Below, piece by piece: positions 28,889 through 39,295 of a DNA stretch of 64,000 nt. The stretch comes from Dehalococcoidia bacterium (GTDB lineage Bacteria > Chloroflexota > Dehalococcoidia > Tepidiformales > Tepidiformaceae). The notes below the pieces were generated by a model. That model had not been told where the DNA came from. It saw only the letters and a program-made list of their open reading frames with translations, and searched no databases. Within the stretch, counting starts at the first letter, position 1. The number at the start of each line of letters is the position of its first letter. Made by a program: the position numbers and the translations under genes. The stretch lies in assembly GCA_963577065.1 (NCBI GenBank), contig CAUYXJ010000002.1, positions 257-64,256 of the forward strand, read 5' to 3'.

Positions 28889-29659
28889 GTGCCTGCCAGG
28901 CCGCGCGTCTACCGCGCCGAGGCCGTGATCCTGCGGCGCCGAAACCTCGGTGAGGCCGACAGCATCTTTACCGTCCTCAGCGACCACGAGGGGAAGTTCG
29001 ACGCGATCGCGCGCGGTGTGCGCAAGGCGAAGAGCCGGATGCGCGGCCACCTCGAACCGCTCACGCGCAGCCGCGTCCTCGTGGCCCAGGGCCGCAACCT
29101 CGATATCTTCACCCAGGCCGAGACGGTCTCGGCCTATCGAACGCTGCACGAGGACCTCGCTGCGGGCGCCGAAGCGCTGTACTGCCTCGAGCTCGTCGAT
29201 CGTTTCACCGAGGAGCGGCAGCCCCTCCCCGAGCTCTACGCCTTCCTCATCGGCGTACTCGAGGCGCTCGAGCGGGGGGCGGGCGCCTCCGCCACGCGCC
29301 ATTTCGAGCTGCGGCTTCTCTCGATCCTCGGCTACGAGCCCCAGATCGATGACTGCGCGCTTTGCGATGGCCGCCTTCCAGAGCAGGAGACGCTCCTCTC
29401 CCCGAGCGCCGGTGGCCTCGTCTGCCGCTCTTGCCGGGGGGCGGCCGGGGGCGGCCGTCTCGTCTCGGTGCCGGTGATTAAGCTCCTGCGCTTTGCGCGT
29501 CGGGTCGATACGGCCAGCTTCGTCGCGATCTCCCTGCCCGAGAGCACCGCCAGCGAGCTTCAGGCCGCCCTCGCCGAGCTTGTCCGCTACCACCTCAACC
29601 GCGAGCCGAACACTCGTCGTTTCATTGAGGGTGTCGCCGCCCTCGATCGGCAGCCTTAA
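28889..29659 (+). CDS. recO: DNA repair protein RecO
   Basis: GTG 28889, in frame with ORF 28457..29659. VYRAEAVILRRRNLGEADSIFTVLSDHEGKFDAIARGVRKAKSR plus a C-terminal CxxC..CxxC. Confidence 0.9.
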   Translation: MPARPRVYRAEAVILRRRNLGEADSIFTVLSDHEGKFDAIARGVRKAKSRMRGHLEPLTRSRVLVAQGRNLDIFTQAETVSAYRTLHEDLAAGAEALYCLELVDRFTEERQPLPELYAFLIGVLEALERGAGASATRHFELRLLSILGYEPQIDDCALCDGRLPEQETLLSPSAGGLVCRSCRGAAGGGRLVSVPVIKLLRFARRVDTASFVAISLPESTASELQAALAELVRYHLNREPNTRRFIEGVAALDRQP

Positions 29660-29743
29660 CCACGGGGCATCCACCGCTCCACCGCAGACGTTAAGATTAG
29701 CGACACGAAGATCGACTCCTAACCCGAACCTGAGGTCACCCCC

Positions 29744-30181
29744 ATGCCCCTGTATGAGTACTACTGCGACCCCTGCCACGGCGTCTTCGAGGAGCTTCGC
29801 CCGATGCGCGAAGCGACCGAGGCGGTCCCGTGCCCGGACTGTTATGAAGATGCCGATCGGATCATGCCAACCTCCTTCTCCGCCTTCACCTTCCGTGATG
29901 GTTACCCCCGCAAGATCCCCGATGACAACACCTACTGGCACCTCGGCAACAAGGTTTCGAAGCGCGTAACCGGTGGCAAGCCCAACGAGCATCCTGAGGT
30001 CAACAAGCCGACGCCGGCCAAGCGCCTCACGCGCGGCGAGCGCTCCGCTCTCCGCGACATGCGTGAAGTCGCCGCCAGAGGCGAGCTCGTCGATATGTAC
30101 AGCAACCCCATCGGCCCCAGCGAAGTGACCGCGGCCTATAAGCGTCGCGACGTCATCAAGAAGGGTGTGCCCCGGCGCTAG
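29744..30181 (+). CDS. FmdB-family zinc-ribbon protein with extended basic C-terminus
   Basis: MPLYEYYCDPCHGVFEELRPM...PCPDC is the FmdB/CxxC_CxxC_SSSS signature. Confidence 0.75.
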   Translation: MPLYEYYCDPCHGVFEELRPMREATEAVPCPDCYEDADRIMPTSFSAFTFRDGYPRKIPDDNTYWHLGNKVSKRVTGGKPNEHPEVNKPTPAKRLTRGERSALRDMREVAARGELVDMYSNPIGPSEVTAAYKRRDVIKKGVPRR

Positions 30182-30195
30182 CTGGGGGAAAAGCG

Positions 30196-31173
30196 CTAAC
30201 TGCGGCGTGTGAGCACGTAACGTCCTAGCTCCTCGAGCGTGCGCCGCGAATCGTTCGCGCCCAGTGGATCGAGGGCGGCGACGGCTCGGTCGACGAATTC
30301 GCGGGCCATGGACCGCGCCGATTCCAGTGCAGTCGACTCCGTAATGGCCATGAGCGCCTCCTCGAGGAGCGCCTCGCGGTTGCGCTTCGCAGCAAGGAAG
30401 CGTCGCACGGGATTCTCGCGCCCCACCGAATCCAGGTAGAAGAGGGCCGGCAGGGTGATCGTCCCCTCTAGGAGATCGCTACCTACGGGCTTGCCCAGCT
30501 CAGCCTCATCGCCGACGAAGTCGAGGATGTCGTCCACGATTTGGAAGGCCATGCCGAGGTTGTAGCCGAAGCTCCGGAGCGCCTCGATCTCCTCTTCGCT
30601 GCACTCGGCAAGCGTGGCCCCACCCTGGGTCGCGTTGGCGAACAGGGCGGCGGTTTTGCCCCCGATCCGCCAGAGGTAGTGCTGCACGTCGCGGGCGACA
30701 TCAAACGCCGCCGCATCCTGGTCGAGCTCGCCGCTCGTCATCTTCATCAGCGCCAGCGCGAAGAGGCGTGTGACGCTCAGGCTGCCGGTGCGCGTCACCA
30801 TCTCGGCCGCGTTCGCGAACATAAAGTCGCCGAGCAACACGGTCAGGGCGTTGTCGAAGACGGCGTTCGCCGTCGGGCGGCCGCGCCGGCTCGTAGCGCC
30901 GTCGACGACGTCGTCATGGACGAGGCTGGCGGTGTGCAGCAGTTCGATCGCGGTCCCGAGGGGCACGAGCCGGTTGAGGTTGTAGTCACCGAAGGTTCCC
31001 GCAAGCAGGACGAGCGCGGGGCGCAGCCGCTTGCCCCGCGGATCGAGGGCGTGGTCGAGCATCAAGCGCAGGGGTGCGAGTTCGACCTGCTTGACGGACT
31101 CGAGGAGGTCGTCCACGAGAATCATGTCGTCGGCCACTGAGCCGTAGAGAGCGGCCATCTGCGCTTGCGTCAC
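30196..31173 (-). CDS. polyprenyl diphosphate synthase (hepta/octaprenyl type)
   Basis: First and second Asp-rich motifs LLHTASLVHDDVVD and FQIVDDILDF. Confidence 0.9.
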   Translation of the reverse strand: MTQAQMAALYGSVADDMILVDDLLESVKQVELAPLRLMLDHALDPRGKRLRPALVLLAGTFGDYNLNRLVPLGTAIELLHTASLVHDDVVDGATSRRGRPTANAVFDNALTVLLGDFMFANAAEMVTRTGSLSVTRLFALALMKMTSGELDQDAAAFDVARDVQHYLWRIGGKTAALFANATQGGATLAECSEEEIEALRSFGYNLGMAFQIVDDILDFVGDEAELGKPVGSDLLEGTITLPALFYLDSVGRENPVRRFLAAKRNREALLEEALMAITESTALESARSMAREFVDRAVAALDPLGANDSRRTLEELGRYVLTRRS

Positions 31174-31988
31174 GAAACCGCTCCCGTGGCGACTCGCGCC
31201 CCGAAGAGCGCGAGTGCGTTTTCGCTGGTCGCGGCCGCCACCACCTCGACCGCCTCGTCCCGAGCGGAGGCGATCACCGCCGCCGCCGCGACCAGGTTCG
31301 CAGGCTCGTTGCGCTCGCCGCGCTTCGCCTGCGGGGGGAGCGCGGGGCTATCGGTCTCGATCAAGAGGGCGCCCAGGGGAAGTCCCGCCGCCACCCTGCG
31401 CGCCTCGTCGTTCTTTGGGTAACCAGCGGAGCAGGCGAGCGAGATCAGGAATCCCAACTCGACGTAACGCCGCGCCTGCTCCAGCGTCCCGCCGAACGCG
31501 TGCATCACCCCCGGCGGCTGCCCCGCCGCGGCCAGCGGTGAGCTGGCCGCGTAGTGGGCGAGATGCGGCTCCAGGTCCGCTTCCGCGTCCCGCGAGTGGA
31601 CGCAGACGGGCAGACCCACGCGTGCCGCGATCTCGAGCTGCGCATCGAGGGCGCGACGTTGCACGTCGCGTGGAGCGAGCTCGCGGAAAAAGTCCAGCCC
31701 GATCTCGCCGATTGCGACGACGCCCGTGGCCATCGCTAACGCTTCTAGCTCGTCGAGAACTGGCGCTGTGGCCTTTGCCGCTTCGTGCGGATGCACGCCA
31801 ACGGCCGCGACGATGCGAGGGTTTGCGGTGCTTGCTGCGAGCATCACGGCCGCCTGGCTCGATTCGAGATCTTCACCAACCACGACGATGGTCGCCACTC
31901 CCGCCTCGGCCGCGCGCTTCAGCACGAGCGCGCGGTCGTCGCCGAAGCGCGCGTCCTGAAGGTGGCTGTGCGAATCGAACAAGCGCAT
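31170..31988 (-). CDS. tatD: TatD family hydrolase
   Basis: ATG 31988 gives MRLFDSHSHLQD and overlaps the metG stop. The ORF-track start 32081 lies inside metG. Confidence 0.85.
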   Translation of the reverse strand: MRLFDSHSHLQDARFGDDRALVLKRAAEAGVATIVVVGEDLESSQAAVMLAASTANPRIVAAVGVHPHEAAKATAPVLDELEALAMATGVVAIGEIGLDFFRELAPRDVQRRALDAQLEIAARVGLPVCVHSRDAEADLEPHLAHYAASSPLAAAGQPPGVMHAFGGTLEQARRYVELGFLISLACSAGYPKNDEARRVAAGLPLGALLIETDSPALPPQAKRGERNEPANLVAAAAVIASARDEAVEVVAAATSENALALFGARVATGAVS

Positions 31989-33637
31989 CAAGTCGTGGCC
32001 GGCTCGGGCACGTCGAGCTTGCGGTAGAGCGCCGCGTGCTCGCCGAGGGTTCGTCCCGCAGGCACCTCTGCGAGATCCCATCCCGCTGTCTGCGGAGTGC
32101 CTTCGTGCCCGAGCGTGGCGTATAGCGCCTCCGTCGAGAAGGGGAGGATGGGATGGAGCAGCGCCCCCAGCCCTGAGATCGCCTGCAGGGCTGTGAAGAG
32201 CGTTTCGGCGGCGTGGGCGCGGTCCTCCTTGACCGCCTTCCAGGGCGCGCGCCGATCGAGGTACTGATTTGCTGCTTGCGCCACCGCCAGCGACTCGCGC
32301 AGCGCGCCCCGAAACTCGCAGGCCCCGTACGCCGCGGCCACGGTTTCGAAGCCGCCGTTCACGGTCGTGAGTAGCGCTTCGCTCTCGGCGCTGAGCGTTC
32401 CGGGAGCGGGTACGACCCCCTCGAAGTTGCGGTTGATCATCGCGACGACGCGGTTCACGAGGTTCCCCCAGGTCGCGATCAGCACCTCGTTGTTGGCGCG
32501 GATGAGCTCCTCTTCGCGGAACTCGGAGTCGCTCGTCTCAGGCATGATCTGGGTGAGATAGAAGCGGACGACATCGGCGTCGTACGTATCGAGCAGGTCG
32601 AGCAGCCAGGTGCCGGTGCCCTTCGATTTGCTCTGCTTCTGGCCTGCGGTGATGTTCACGAACTGGTTGGCAGGAACGTCGTAGGGCAGGTTCAGGCCGC
32701 CGTAACCAAGGAGTATCGCGGGCCAGATCACGGTGTGGAAGACGATATTGTCCTTGCCGATGAAGTAATAGGCGCGCGTCTCTGGGTCCTCCCAATAGAG
32801 GCGCCAGGCTTCGGGATCGCCCTCGCGCTCGGCCCACTCTTTGGAAGCGGAGAGGTAGCCGATCACCGCGTCGAACCACACGTAAATCCGCTTCTCGCCG
32901 AAGCCCTCTACGGGAACGGGCACGCCCCAGCCGATGTCACGCGTAATCGCCCGATCCTTGAGCCCCTCTTCGAGCATCCCCAACGTAAAGTTGGCGACGT
33001 TGCGCCTCCAGTGCGCCTGCTTACCGACCCACGCCTTCAGCTCCTCCTGAAACGCGGACAGCTTGAGCAGGAAGTGCTCCGACTCCCGCACCTCGGGGGT
33101 CGCGCCACTCATCTTGCTGCGCGGCTCGATCAGGTCCACGGCGTCGAGCTGCGATCCGCAGCTGTCGCACTGATCGCCGCGCGCTTCGGCGAACGCACAG
33201 ATCGGGCAGGTACCCTCGACGTAACGATCGGGCAGGAAGCGTCCTGCCTCCGGGTCGTACAGCTGCTCTTGGGTTCCGCGGTAGAGCAGTTCCTTCTCGA
33301 GCAGGCGCTCGAAGATCTCCTGCACGGTCTCGTAATGGCGCTCGGTGAGCGTGGACGTGTAGAGGTCGAAAGAGATGCCGAACCGCTCCCAGGCTTCCTC
33401 GATCTTCGGGTGGTAGCGGTCGACGATGTCCCGGGGACCGACACCCTCGCTGTCGGCGCTCACGGTGATGGGCGTGCCGTGGCTGTCTGACCCCGAAACC
33501 ATGAGCACATCGTTCCCGCGCATGCGCTGGTAACGCGCGAAGATGTCCGCAGGGAGATAAGCGCCGGCAGCCTGGCCGACGTGCAGGAAGTAGTTCGCGT
33601 AGGGCCAGGCCACACCCACAAAGATGCGTTCGGCCAC
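31988..33637 (-). CDS. metG: methionine--tRNA ligase
   Basis: 549 aa with HVGQ (HIGH-like), a CPIC...CDSC zinc knuckle and KQSKSKG (KMSKS-like). Confidence 0.95.
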   Translation of the reverse strand: MAERIFVGVAWPYANYFLHVGQAAGAYLPADIFARYQRMRGNDVLMVSGSDSHGTPITVSADSEGVGPRDIVDRYHPKIEEAWERFGISFDLYTSTLTERHYETVQEIFERLLEKELLYRGTQEQLYDPEAGRFLPDRYVEGTCPICAFAEARGDQCDSCGSQLDAVDLIEPRSKMSGATPEVRESEHFLLKLSAFQEELKAWVGKQAHWRRNVANFTLGMLEEGLKDRAITRDIGWGVPVPVEGFGEKRIYVWFDAVIGYLSASKEWAEREGDPEAWRLYWEDPETRAYYFIGKDNIVFHTVIWPAILLGYGGLNLPYDVPANQFVNITAGQKQSKSKGTGTWLLDLLDTYDADVVRFYLTQIMPETSDSEFREEELIRANNEVLIATWGNLVNRVVAMINRNFEGVVPAPGTLSAESEALLTTVNGGFETVAAAYGACEFRGALRESLAVAQAANQYLDRRAPWKAVKEDRAHAAETLFTALQAISGLGALLHPILPFSTEALYATLGHEGTPQTAGWDLAEVPAGRTLGEHAALYRKLDVPEPATT

Positions 33638-33932
33638 GGCATCCCCTTCTTCTGGGGCGCCACGAAGGGTCCGATCGAGAGGGTCGTACCCGGCCCAGGA
33701 ACGCCCTGCGATTCGGCACCGGTTCTCTTCGGGGCGCCTCGGCGGCTGCGGTCAGCAGAGTCTAGCACCGTAGCCGCGGACGGCGGGCAGGCGTCGCCGC
33801 GATGAGGCCGCAGCCGGCAAGTCAGGCTAGTGCCCCTGCAACTGAGGTTCCGGGTGCCGCGGGTGCCCACTCGTCCGAGCAAGGTCAGTTACTTCCTTGA
33901 GACTCAAGCCTGAGACTCAAGTTGTACCGGCC

Positions 33933-34760
33933 CTAGCCGTCCGATTCGGGCCAAGCCCCGTAGGCCTCGGCGCGAGTCACGCCGAAGCGCCGGGCCGCCT
34001 CCGCCGCTGCCGGGGAGCGCTTCGCCCCCGCTCGCTTCATCTCCCGGAGATAGGCGACGACCTCGCTCGAGTCGCTTTCTGGCGCCCAGCTGCGCACGTC
34101 GACGACGACCGTGCACTCCCCTTTCGTCCCCTCGAAGCGCGTCGCCAGCTCCGAGGCGCGGCCGCGGACCGTCTCTTCATGCAGCTTCGTCAGCTCGCGA
34201 CAGACGACAGTCGGCGGGTCGTCGAGCGTCACGGCGAGGTCGGCCAGCGATCTCGCCAGGCGTCGCGGGCTCTCGAAGAAGAGGAGCACGCCGGCGGTGG
34301 CGGCCGTTGCCGCGAGGCGGCGCGCTCGCTCGCTCGCGCGCCGCGGCAGGAACCCAAGAAAGTGGGCATCGCTCGCATCGAAGCCCGCGAGCGAAAGCGC
34401 CGCGGCGAGGGCCGATGGGCCCGGGACCACGAAGACCCGCACGCCGGCTTCGTGCGCGGCCGCCACCGCCCGCGCTCCGGGATCGGCAATGAGGGGTGTG
34501 CCCGCATCGGCGGTCAGGGCGGCTACGCCTGTTTGCGCGGCCTCGAGCAGCCGGGGGATGCGCGAATCGACGTTGTGCTCCGTGAGGCTCATCGCCGGCG
34601 CCTGCAGGCCCAAGCGTTTCCGCAGCGTTCCCAGCACGCGCGTATCCTCGGCCGCGATGAGCGCCGCTGCGTTGAGCACGGCCGCTGCCCGCTCACTCAG
34701 ATCTGCCAGGTTCCCGATTGGGGTGGCCACGACGTAGAGGCCCGGCGCGAGGTCGTTCAT
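33933..34760 (-). CDS. rsmI: 16S rRNA (cytidine1402-2'-O)-methyltransferase
   Basis: LYVVATPIGNLADLSERAAAVLNAAALIAAEDTR. Confidence 0.9.
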   Translation of the reverse strand: MNDLAPGLYVVATPIGNLADLSERAAAVLNAAALIAAEDTRVLGTLRKRLGLQAPAMSLTEHNVDSRIPRLLEAAQTGVAALTADAGTPLIADPGARAVAAAHEAGVRVFVVPGPSALAAALSLAGFDASDAHFLGFLPRRASERARRLAATAATAGVLLFFESPRRLARSLADLAVTLDDPPTVVCRELTKLHEETVRGRASELATRFEGTKGECTVVVDVRSWAPESDSSEVVAYLREMKRAGAKRSPAAAEAARRFGVTRAEAYGAWPESDG

Positions 34761-34990
34761 GCTTCGGGCAGCTTCACAGAAGTCCTAGGGCAGTGCGAAT
34801 CTTCGTACGCAGGCCGCCGTCGGCGGTCCTTCCCCGTTGACCCGGCCTTTTGCGCGACCGTACACTCAAACGCAATCGTGAAGTTCCGTTTCGATCCTGG
34901 CCTCACCCATCGGAATCCGTGCCCTTGAGCACGATCACCCCGTCCGCCACGAACGCCGCCTCTGATGCGTCAGAGCGCGGCGTTTTTGCA

Positions 34991-36163
34991 ATGCCCGAGG
35001 AGGAGGAGGAAAAAGCCGTGACCGCACCGCATCGCAAGCAACTTCGCTACGCATATGGGTTTGACGATGTCGCCATCGTTCCCGGCAACGTAACGATTAA
35101 TCCCGAGCTCGTGGAGTTTGGGATGGACATCGGCCCCTACCACTTCGGCCTCCCCTTCATCGCCTCCGCGATGGACGCGGTCGTGGACCCGCCTTTCGCG
35201 CGAATGATGCACGACGCGGGCGGCCTTGGCGTCCTCAATCTTGAAGGCATCTGGACGCGCTGCGACGACCCCAGGCCAACCCTCGACGAAGTCGCTTCCG
35301 GGAGCCGCGATGAGGCGACGGCGATTCTCCAAGCCGCCTTCCAGCAGCCGATCCGGGACGACCTCGTTGCCCAGCGCATCCGGGAGATCAAGGATGGCGG
35401 CTCGATCGCGGCGATCTCCGTAACGCCGAAAAACACGAAGCGCTACGCGTCGCTCATCCAGGAAGCCGGCGCCGATATCCTCGTCGTGCAGAGCACGATC
35501 ACGACCGCCCGCCACGAATCGACGAGCGTCGAGGGTTTGCGCTTCGAGAAGCTGTTCGAGCACATCCACATCCCCGTAGTCGTTGGGAACACGGTTGGAT
35601 TCGACGCCACGCTCGAGGTCATGCGCTCAGGCGTGGCCGGCGTGCTCGTCGGGGTCGGGCCGGGCGCCGGCTGCACGAGTCGAGAGGTGCTGGGAATGGG
35701 GGTTCCGCAGGTGACCGCAACCATCGATTGCGCGGCCGCCCGCGAGGCCTATCTCGCCGAGACGGGCAACTACGTTCCGATCATCACCGACGGCGGGATC
35801 CGCACGGGTGGCGATGTGTGCAAGAGTTTCGCGGCAGGCGCCGACGGCGTCATGATGGGTTCGCCGTTCGCTGGCACCACCGAGGCCCCCGGCCGCGGCT
35901 ACCACTGGGGCATGGCCACCTCTCACGCCGATCTGCCGCGCGGCACCCGCGTCTTCGTTGGCGTGAACACGACGCTGCAGAAGACGCTCTTCGGGCCGAC
36001 CAGCCGTACGGATGGCACGGAGAACCTCGCTGGCGCACTGAAGACGGCGATGGGGATGTGTGGCGCGCACACGATCCGCGAGTTCCAGGAGACCGAGATG
36101 GTGATCGCGCCTTCGATCAAGACCGAGGGCAAGATCTACCAGTTCGCGCAGGCTGAGTCCTAG
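34991..36163 (+). CDS. GuaB3-type IMP dehydrogenase-family protein
   Basis: ATG 34991. YGFDDVAIVPG...IASAMDAV...GVGPGAGCTSREV. At ~390 aa it is too short to hold a CBS pair. Confidence 0.8.
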   Translation: MPEEEEEKAVTAPHRKQLRYAYGFDDVAIVPGNVTINPELVEFGMDIGPYHFGLPFIASAMDAVVDPPFARMMHDAGGLGVLNLEGIWTRCDDPRPTLDEVASGSRDEATAILQAAFQQPIRDDLVAQRIREIKDGGSIAAISVTPKNTKRYASLIQEAGADILVVQSTITTARHESTSVEGLRFEKLFEHIHIPVVVGNTVGFDATLEVMRSGVAGVLVGVGPGAGCTSREVLGMGVPQVTATIDCAAAREAYLAETGNYVPIITDGGIRTGGDVCKSFAAGADGVMMGSPFAGTTEAPGRGYHWGMATSHADLPRGTRVFVGVNTTLQKTLFGPTSRTDGTENLAGALKTAMGMCGAHTIREFQETEMVIAPSIKTEGKIYQFAQAES

Positions 36164-36213
36164 AGAACGGTCCCGCGGACCGACCGCGGTCGACCCGGCC
36201 TACACTGGCGACG

Positions 36214-37062
36214 ATGTCCACCGAATCGCCGGTTTGCCTGGATCGGGTGCGCGAGCATTACGACCGCGATCCCGCGCTGGAGTGGGGGCGCTTCGAGGCC
36301 CGCGTCCAGCACCGCATCGAATTCATGGTCACCATGCACGCGATCGAGCGGCGCCTCCCTGCGCCGGGGGCGGGTGCGCGCGTGCTCGATGCCGGTGGCG
36401 GCCCTGGGCGTTACACGATCGCCCTGGCCGAGCGCGGCTACCGCGTCACGCTGCTCGACCTGAGTCCTGGGAACGTGGAGTTTGCGCGCGACCGCATCGC
36501 TGAGGCGGGGGCTTCGGTCGCCGCGAACGTCGAGGCGACGTGCGCCGGCACGTTCACGGACCTCAGTGCCTTCCCGGACGGCGGCTTCGATGCCGTCCTC
36601 TGCCTCGGTGCTGCTCTCAGTCATGTTGCCGACGCGAGCCTGCGCCTGCGCGCGCTTGCCGAGCTGCGGCGTGTCGCGAAGCCTGGTGCGCCGCTGCTGA
36701 TCTCCGTGCAGAACGCGCTTGCGACGCTCCGTAGTCTCGTCCAGTGGCCCGACACCTGGGCCGTCGACGCCCAGGGCTGGATCGACCGCGAGCCTGCCAA
36801 CACGGTCAAAGGCAGCGATGGGTTGCCCTGGGTCGAGTTCCTCCCGGAGGAGTTCCTGACGCTACTGGCCGAGGCTGGTCTCGAGCGCGAGCGTCTCTAT
36901 GGCTGCTGGGGGATCGCCGCGCATCTGCCATCGGAGAACCTCGAGGCCCTGATGGCGGACGAAGAACGTTGGCCGCTCTGGCGCCGCTGGCTGCTCGAAA
37001 CCTGTGACCACCCCAGCATCGTGGGCGTATCCGGCCACCTGATAGCGCATGCGCTCGCTTAG
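36214..37062 (+). CDS. class I SAM-dependent methyltransferase
   Basis: Motif I VLDAGGGPGRYTIALAERGYRVTLLDLS. Confidence 0.8.
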   Translation: MSTESPVCLDRVREHYDRDPALEWGRFEARVQHRIEFMVTMHAIERRLPAPGAGARVLDAGGGPGRYTIALAERGYRVTLLDLSPGNVEFARDRIAEAGASVAANVEATCAGTFTDLSAFPDGGFDAVLCLGAALSHVADASLRLRALAELRRVAKPGAPLLISVQNALATLRSLVQWPDTWAVDAQGWIDREPANTVKGSDGLPWVEFLPEEFLTLLAEAGLERERLYGCWGIAAHLPSENLEALMADEERWPLWRRWLLETCDHPSIVGVSGHLIAHALA

Positions 37063-37687
37063 CAGAGGGCGCCTTGCTCCCGCGTTGCTCGCGGCCCTCG
37101 CCCTGACACTCTCGGTGGTCCCTGGCGTCGCGGGCGGCCCCCAGCGCGCGGACGCGCAGTCCCGCTGCGCTGGGTTCCCAGCCCTCGCTGACATCACGAC
37201 GGTGTCGCTCGAAGGTTTCGACGTGATCGTCATCGGGATCTGGGTTGCAGCGCCCGACGGGCGAACGGCGATCGAGCCAGAGGCATTCCTGAAGGGGCCC
37301 GCGATCGCGACGCCATTGCTTCTGGGTGAGCCGCGGGGCGATCCCCAGAGCGAGTGTCCGCCGGCCCTGCTGGTTTCGGGCACGCGCGTGCTCGCGGCGC
37401 TGCGACCCGGGCCTGACGCGCCCCTCCACCCGGACATCCATACCGTGTTCGTGCTCGAAGAGGGCAGCGCCTCGCACCCGAACGGTGGCGAGAGCCTGGC
37501 CGAGGCCGCGCTCATCGATCGCATCCGTGGCGTCACGAATCAGTACGCCGTTCCCGCTGCAACCGCCGGCGAAGGCGCGTCGATCGACTGGCTGCGGGTC
37601 GTGCTGCCGGTAGCTGGGGCCGTGCTGGGCATCTTCGTCGCGGGTCTCGTCCTGATGCGGATTTGGCACCGCATCGACCCTACCTGA
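37049..37687 (+). CDS. secreted protein with C-terminal membrane anchor
   Basis: Signal peptide MRSLSRGRLAPALLAALALTLSVVPGVAG and a C-terminal TM helix VVLPVAGAVLGIFVAGLVLM. No family recognised. Confidence 0.55.
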   Translation: MRSLSRGRLAPALLAALALTLSVVPGVAGGPQRADAQSRCAGFPALADITTVSLEGFDVIVIGIWVAAPDGRTAIEPEAFLKGPAIATPLLLGEPRGDPQSECPPALLVSGTRVLAALRPGPDAPLHPDIHTVFVLEEGSASHPNGGESLAEAALIDRIRGVTNQYAVPAATAGEGASIDWLRVVLPVAGAVLGIFVAGLVLMRIWHRIDPT

Positions 37688-37691
37688 AACG

Positions 37692-38483
37692 CTAACGAAG
37701 CCCCTCGAGGACGTTCGCCACGATGTCCTCCTCGTCCGGCAGGATCTCGTCCGCAGCTTCGTGCGCGTAGCGGTCGCCCTTGGCCATCGCCAGTCCCCGC
37801 CCCGCCCAGGCGAGCATCGAAGCGTCGTTGACGCTGTCGCCGATCGCGAGCGTCTCGTGGCGGGGCACGCCCAAGTCGTCTGCCACCAGCGCGAGCGCCC
37901 GCCCCTTGCTCGCCGTGGGCGAGATCGCGACCGTCACGGCGGGGAAGTCGAGCAGGTGGAGACGGTCTCCGTGCGCCTCCGCCAACGCTTGGTGGATCGC
38001 CGGAGAGCGCTTGCGGTCCCCCAAAACGCCGACGCCGTTCGGGGGGATCCCGAGGGCTTCGGGCGCGGCATCATATTCCGGGGTGACCCCGCACATCTCG
38101 CCATAGCTGCGTGTGGCCGGCGTCTCCTTGGTCACGGCGTAGCGGCTCGTCCCGAACCATTCGTACTCGTGGCCCTCGTCGCGGGCGTAGGTGACGACCG
38201 CCCGTGCCAGCGATGCCTCGAGCCGGACCTCGTGGACGACCTCCCCCGCGGCGCTCGCGACGACGCACCCCTCCTGCGCGATCAGGGGGCCTGCGAGCCG
38301 CAGCTCCTGGGCGATTCGCGCCGTGCCGGGGTGCATGCGCCCAGACGCGAGGACGACCGCGATCCCGCGCCCCGCGAGCGCAGCCACGGCGCTGCGGAGC
38401 CGCGGCGAGAGCGCCCCTTCGTGTGGCCCCTCGAACGGCAGGAGCGTTCCGTCGATGTCGAGCGCGATCAGCTTTACCGCCAT
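37692..38483 (-). CDS. Cof-type HAD-IIB hydrolase
   Basis: ATG 38483 gives [16 protein letters not shown]-terminal AIGDSVNDASMLAWAGRGLAMA. The longer ORF start 38936 lies inside prmC. Confidence 0.85.
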   Translation of the reverse strand: MAVKLIALDIDGTLLPFEGPHEGALSPRLRSAVAALAGRGIAVVLASGRMHPGTARIAQELRLAGPLIAQEGCVVASAAGEVVHEVRLEASLARAVVTYARDEGHEYEWFGTSRYAVTKETPATRSYGEMCGVTPEYDAAPEALGIPPNGVGVLGDRKRSPAIHQALAEAHGDRLHLLDFPAVTVAISPTASKGRALALVADDLGVPRHETLAIGDSVNDASMLAWAGRGLAMAKGDRYAHEAADEILPDEEDIVANVLEGLR

Positions 38484-39295
38484 CGCGCGGTCACCACCCG
38501 CTCCCAGCCCACGAGGTCGTGCTCGATTCCGGCTTCCCCTCCCAGCCGAGTGACGTACTCCGCGAGTTTTCGCGCCTGGCCCAGCCCCAGCTCGAAGGCC
38601 ACGAGGCGAGGGCGCAGACGGGCGGCACAGTCGTCGAGCACGGCCCGAACGAGGTCGAGGCCGTCTTCGCCTCCGTCCAGCGCGACATGCGGCTCCCAGC
38701 CGCGGACCTCGGGCTGCAGCTCCGGGATTACGCCCGTGGGAACGTAGGGCAGATTCGAGAGGATGACATCCGCGCGGGCGAGCGCGTGGCCGAGGTCGGC
38801 CCGCACCAGCTCGACCGCTGCCCCATGACGCGCGACGTTCGTGGCCGCCAGTCGCAAGGCGTCGGCGCTGAAGTCGGTCGCCACGATCCGCGCGCCCGGC
38901 GCCGCCATGGCCAGAGCGATGGCGATGTTCCCGCAACCCGTGCCCATGTCCACGACGACCGACTCCGGGGCACGCTCGAGCTCGGCCAGGCCCAGTTCGA
39001 CCAGCAACTCCGTCTCGGGGCGGGGGATGAGGGCGCCGGGGCCGACGGTGAAGTCGAGCCCGCGGAACTCCCGCAGGCCGGTCAGGTAGGGTGTCGGCTC
39101 GCGCTGGAGGCGTCGCGCGACGAGTTCGACCAGGCGCTCCTGCGAGGCTTCGTCGACCGATTCGTCGGCGAAGTAGGCGCTGCGGCTGAGGCCGCTGGCG
39201 TGGCGCGTGAGCACCTCCGCCTCCATCGCGGCGTCCTGGATCCCCGCGGCTTCCAGCTGCTCGCGCGCTTCCGCGGCGGCGGCGCGCGCCTTCAC
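38474..39295 (-). CDS. prmC: peptide chain release factor N5-glutamine methyltransferase
   Basis: [16 protein letters not shown] motif I. The catalytic motif reads NLPYV, a variant of NPPY. Lies immediately downstream of prfA. Confidence 0.85.
   Translation of the reverse strand: MKARAAAAEAREQLEAAGIQDAAMEAEVLTRHASGLSRSAYFADESVDEASQERLVELVARRLQREPTPYLTGLREFRGLDFTVGPGALIPRPETELLVELGLAELERAPESVVVDMGTGCGNIAIALAMAAPGARIVATDFSADALRLAATNVARHGAAVELVRADLGHALARADVILSNLPYVPTGVIPELQPEVRGWEPHVALDGGEDGLDLVRAVLDDCAARLRPRLVAFELGLGQARKLAEYVTRLGGEAGIEHDLVGWERVVTARWR

Noticed and set aside
33638-33932. T-box leader for metG
   Set aside because: The only T-box-like string (gagtgggcacccgcgg on the minus strand) lies at the 5' end of the leader instead of just before a terminator. 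No specifier-loop or terminator-antiterminator arrangement is evident.
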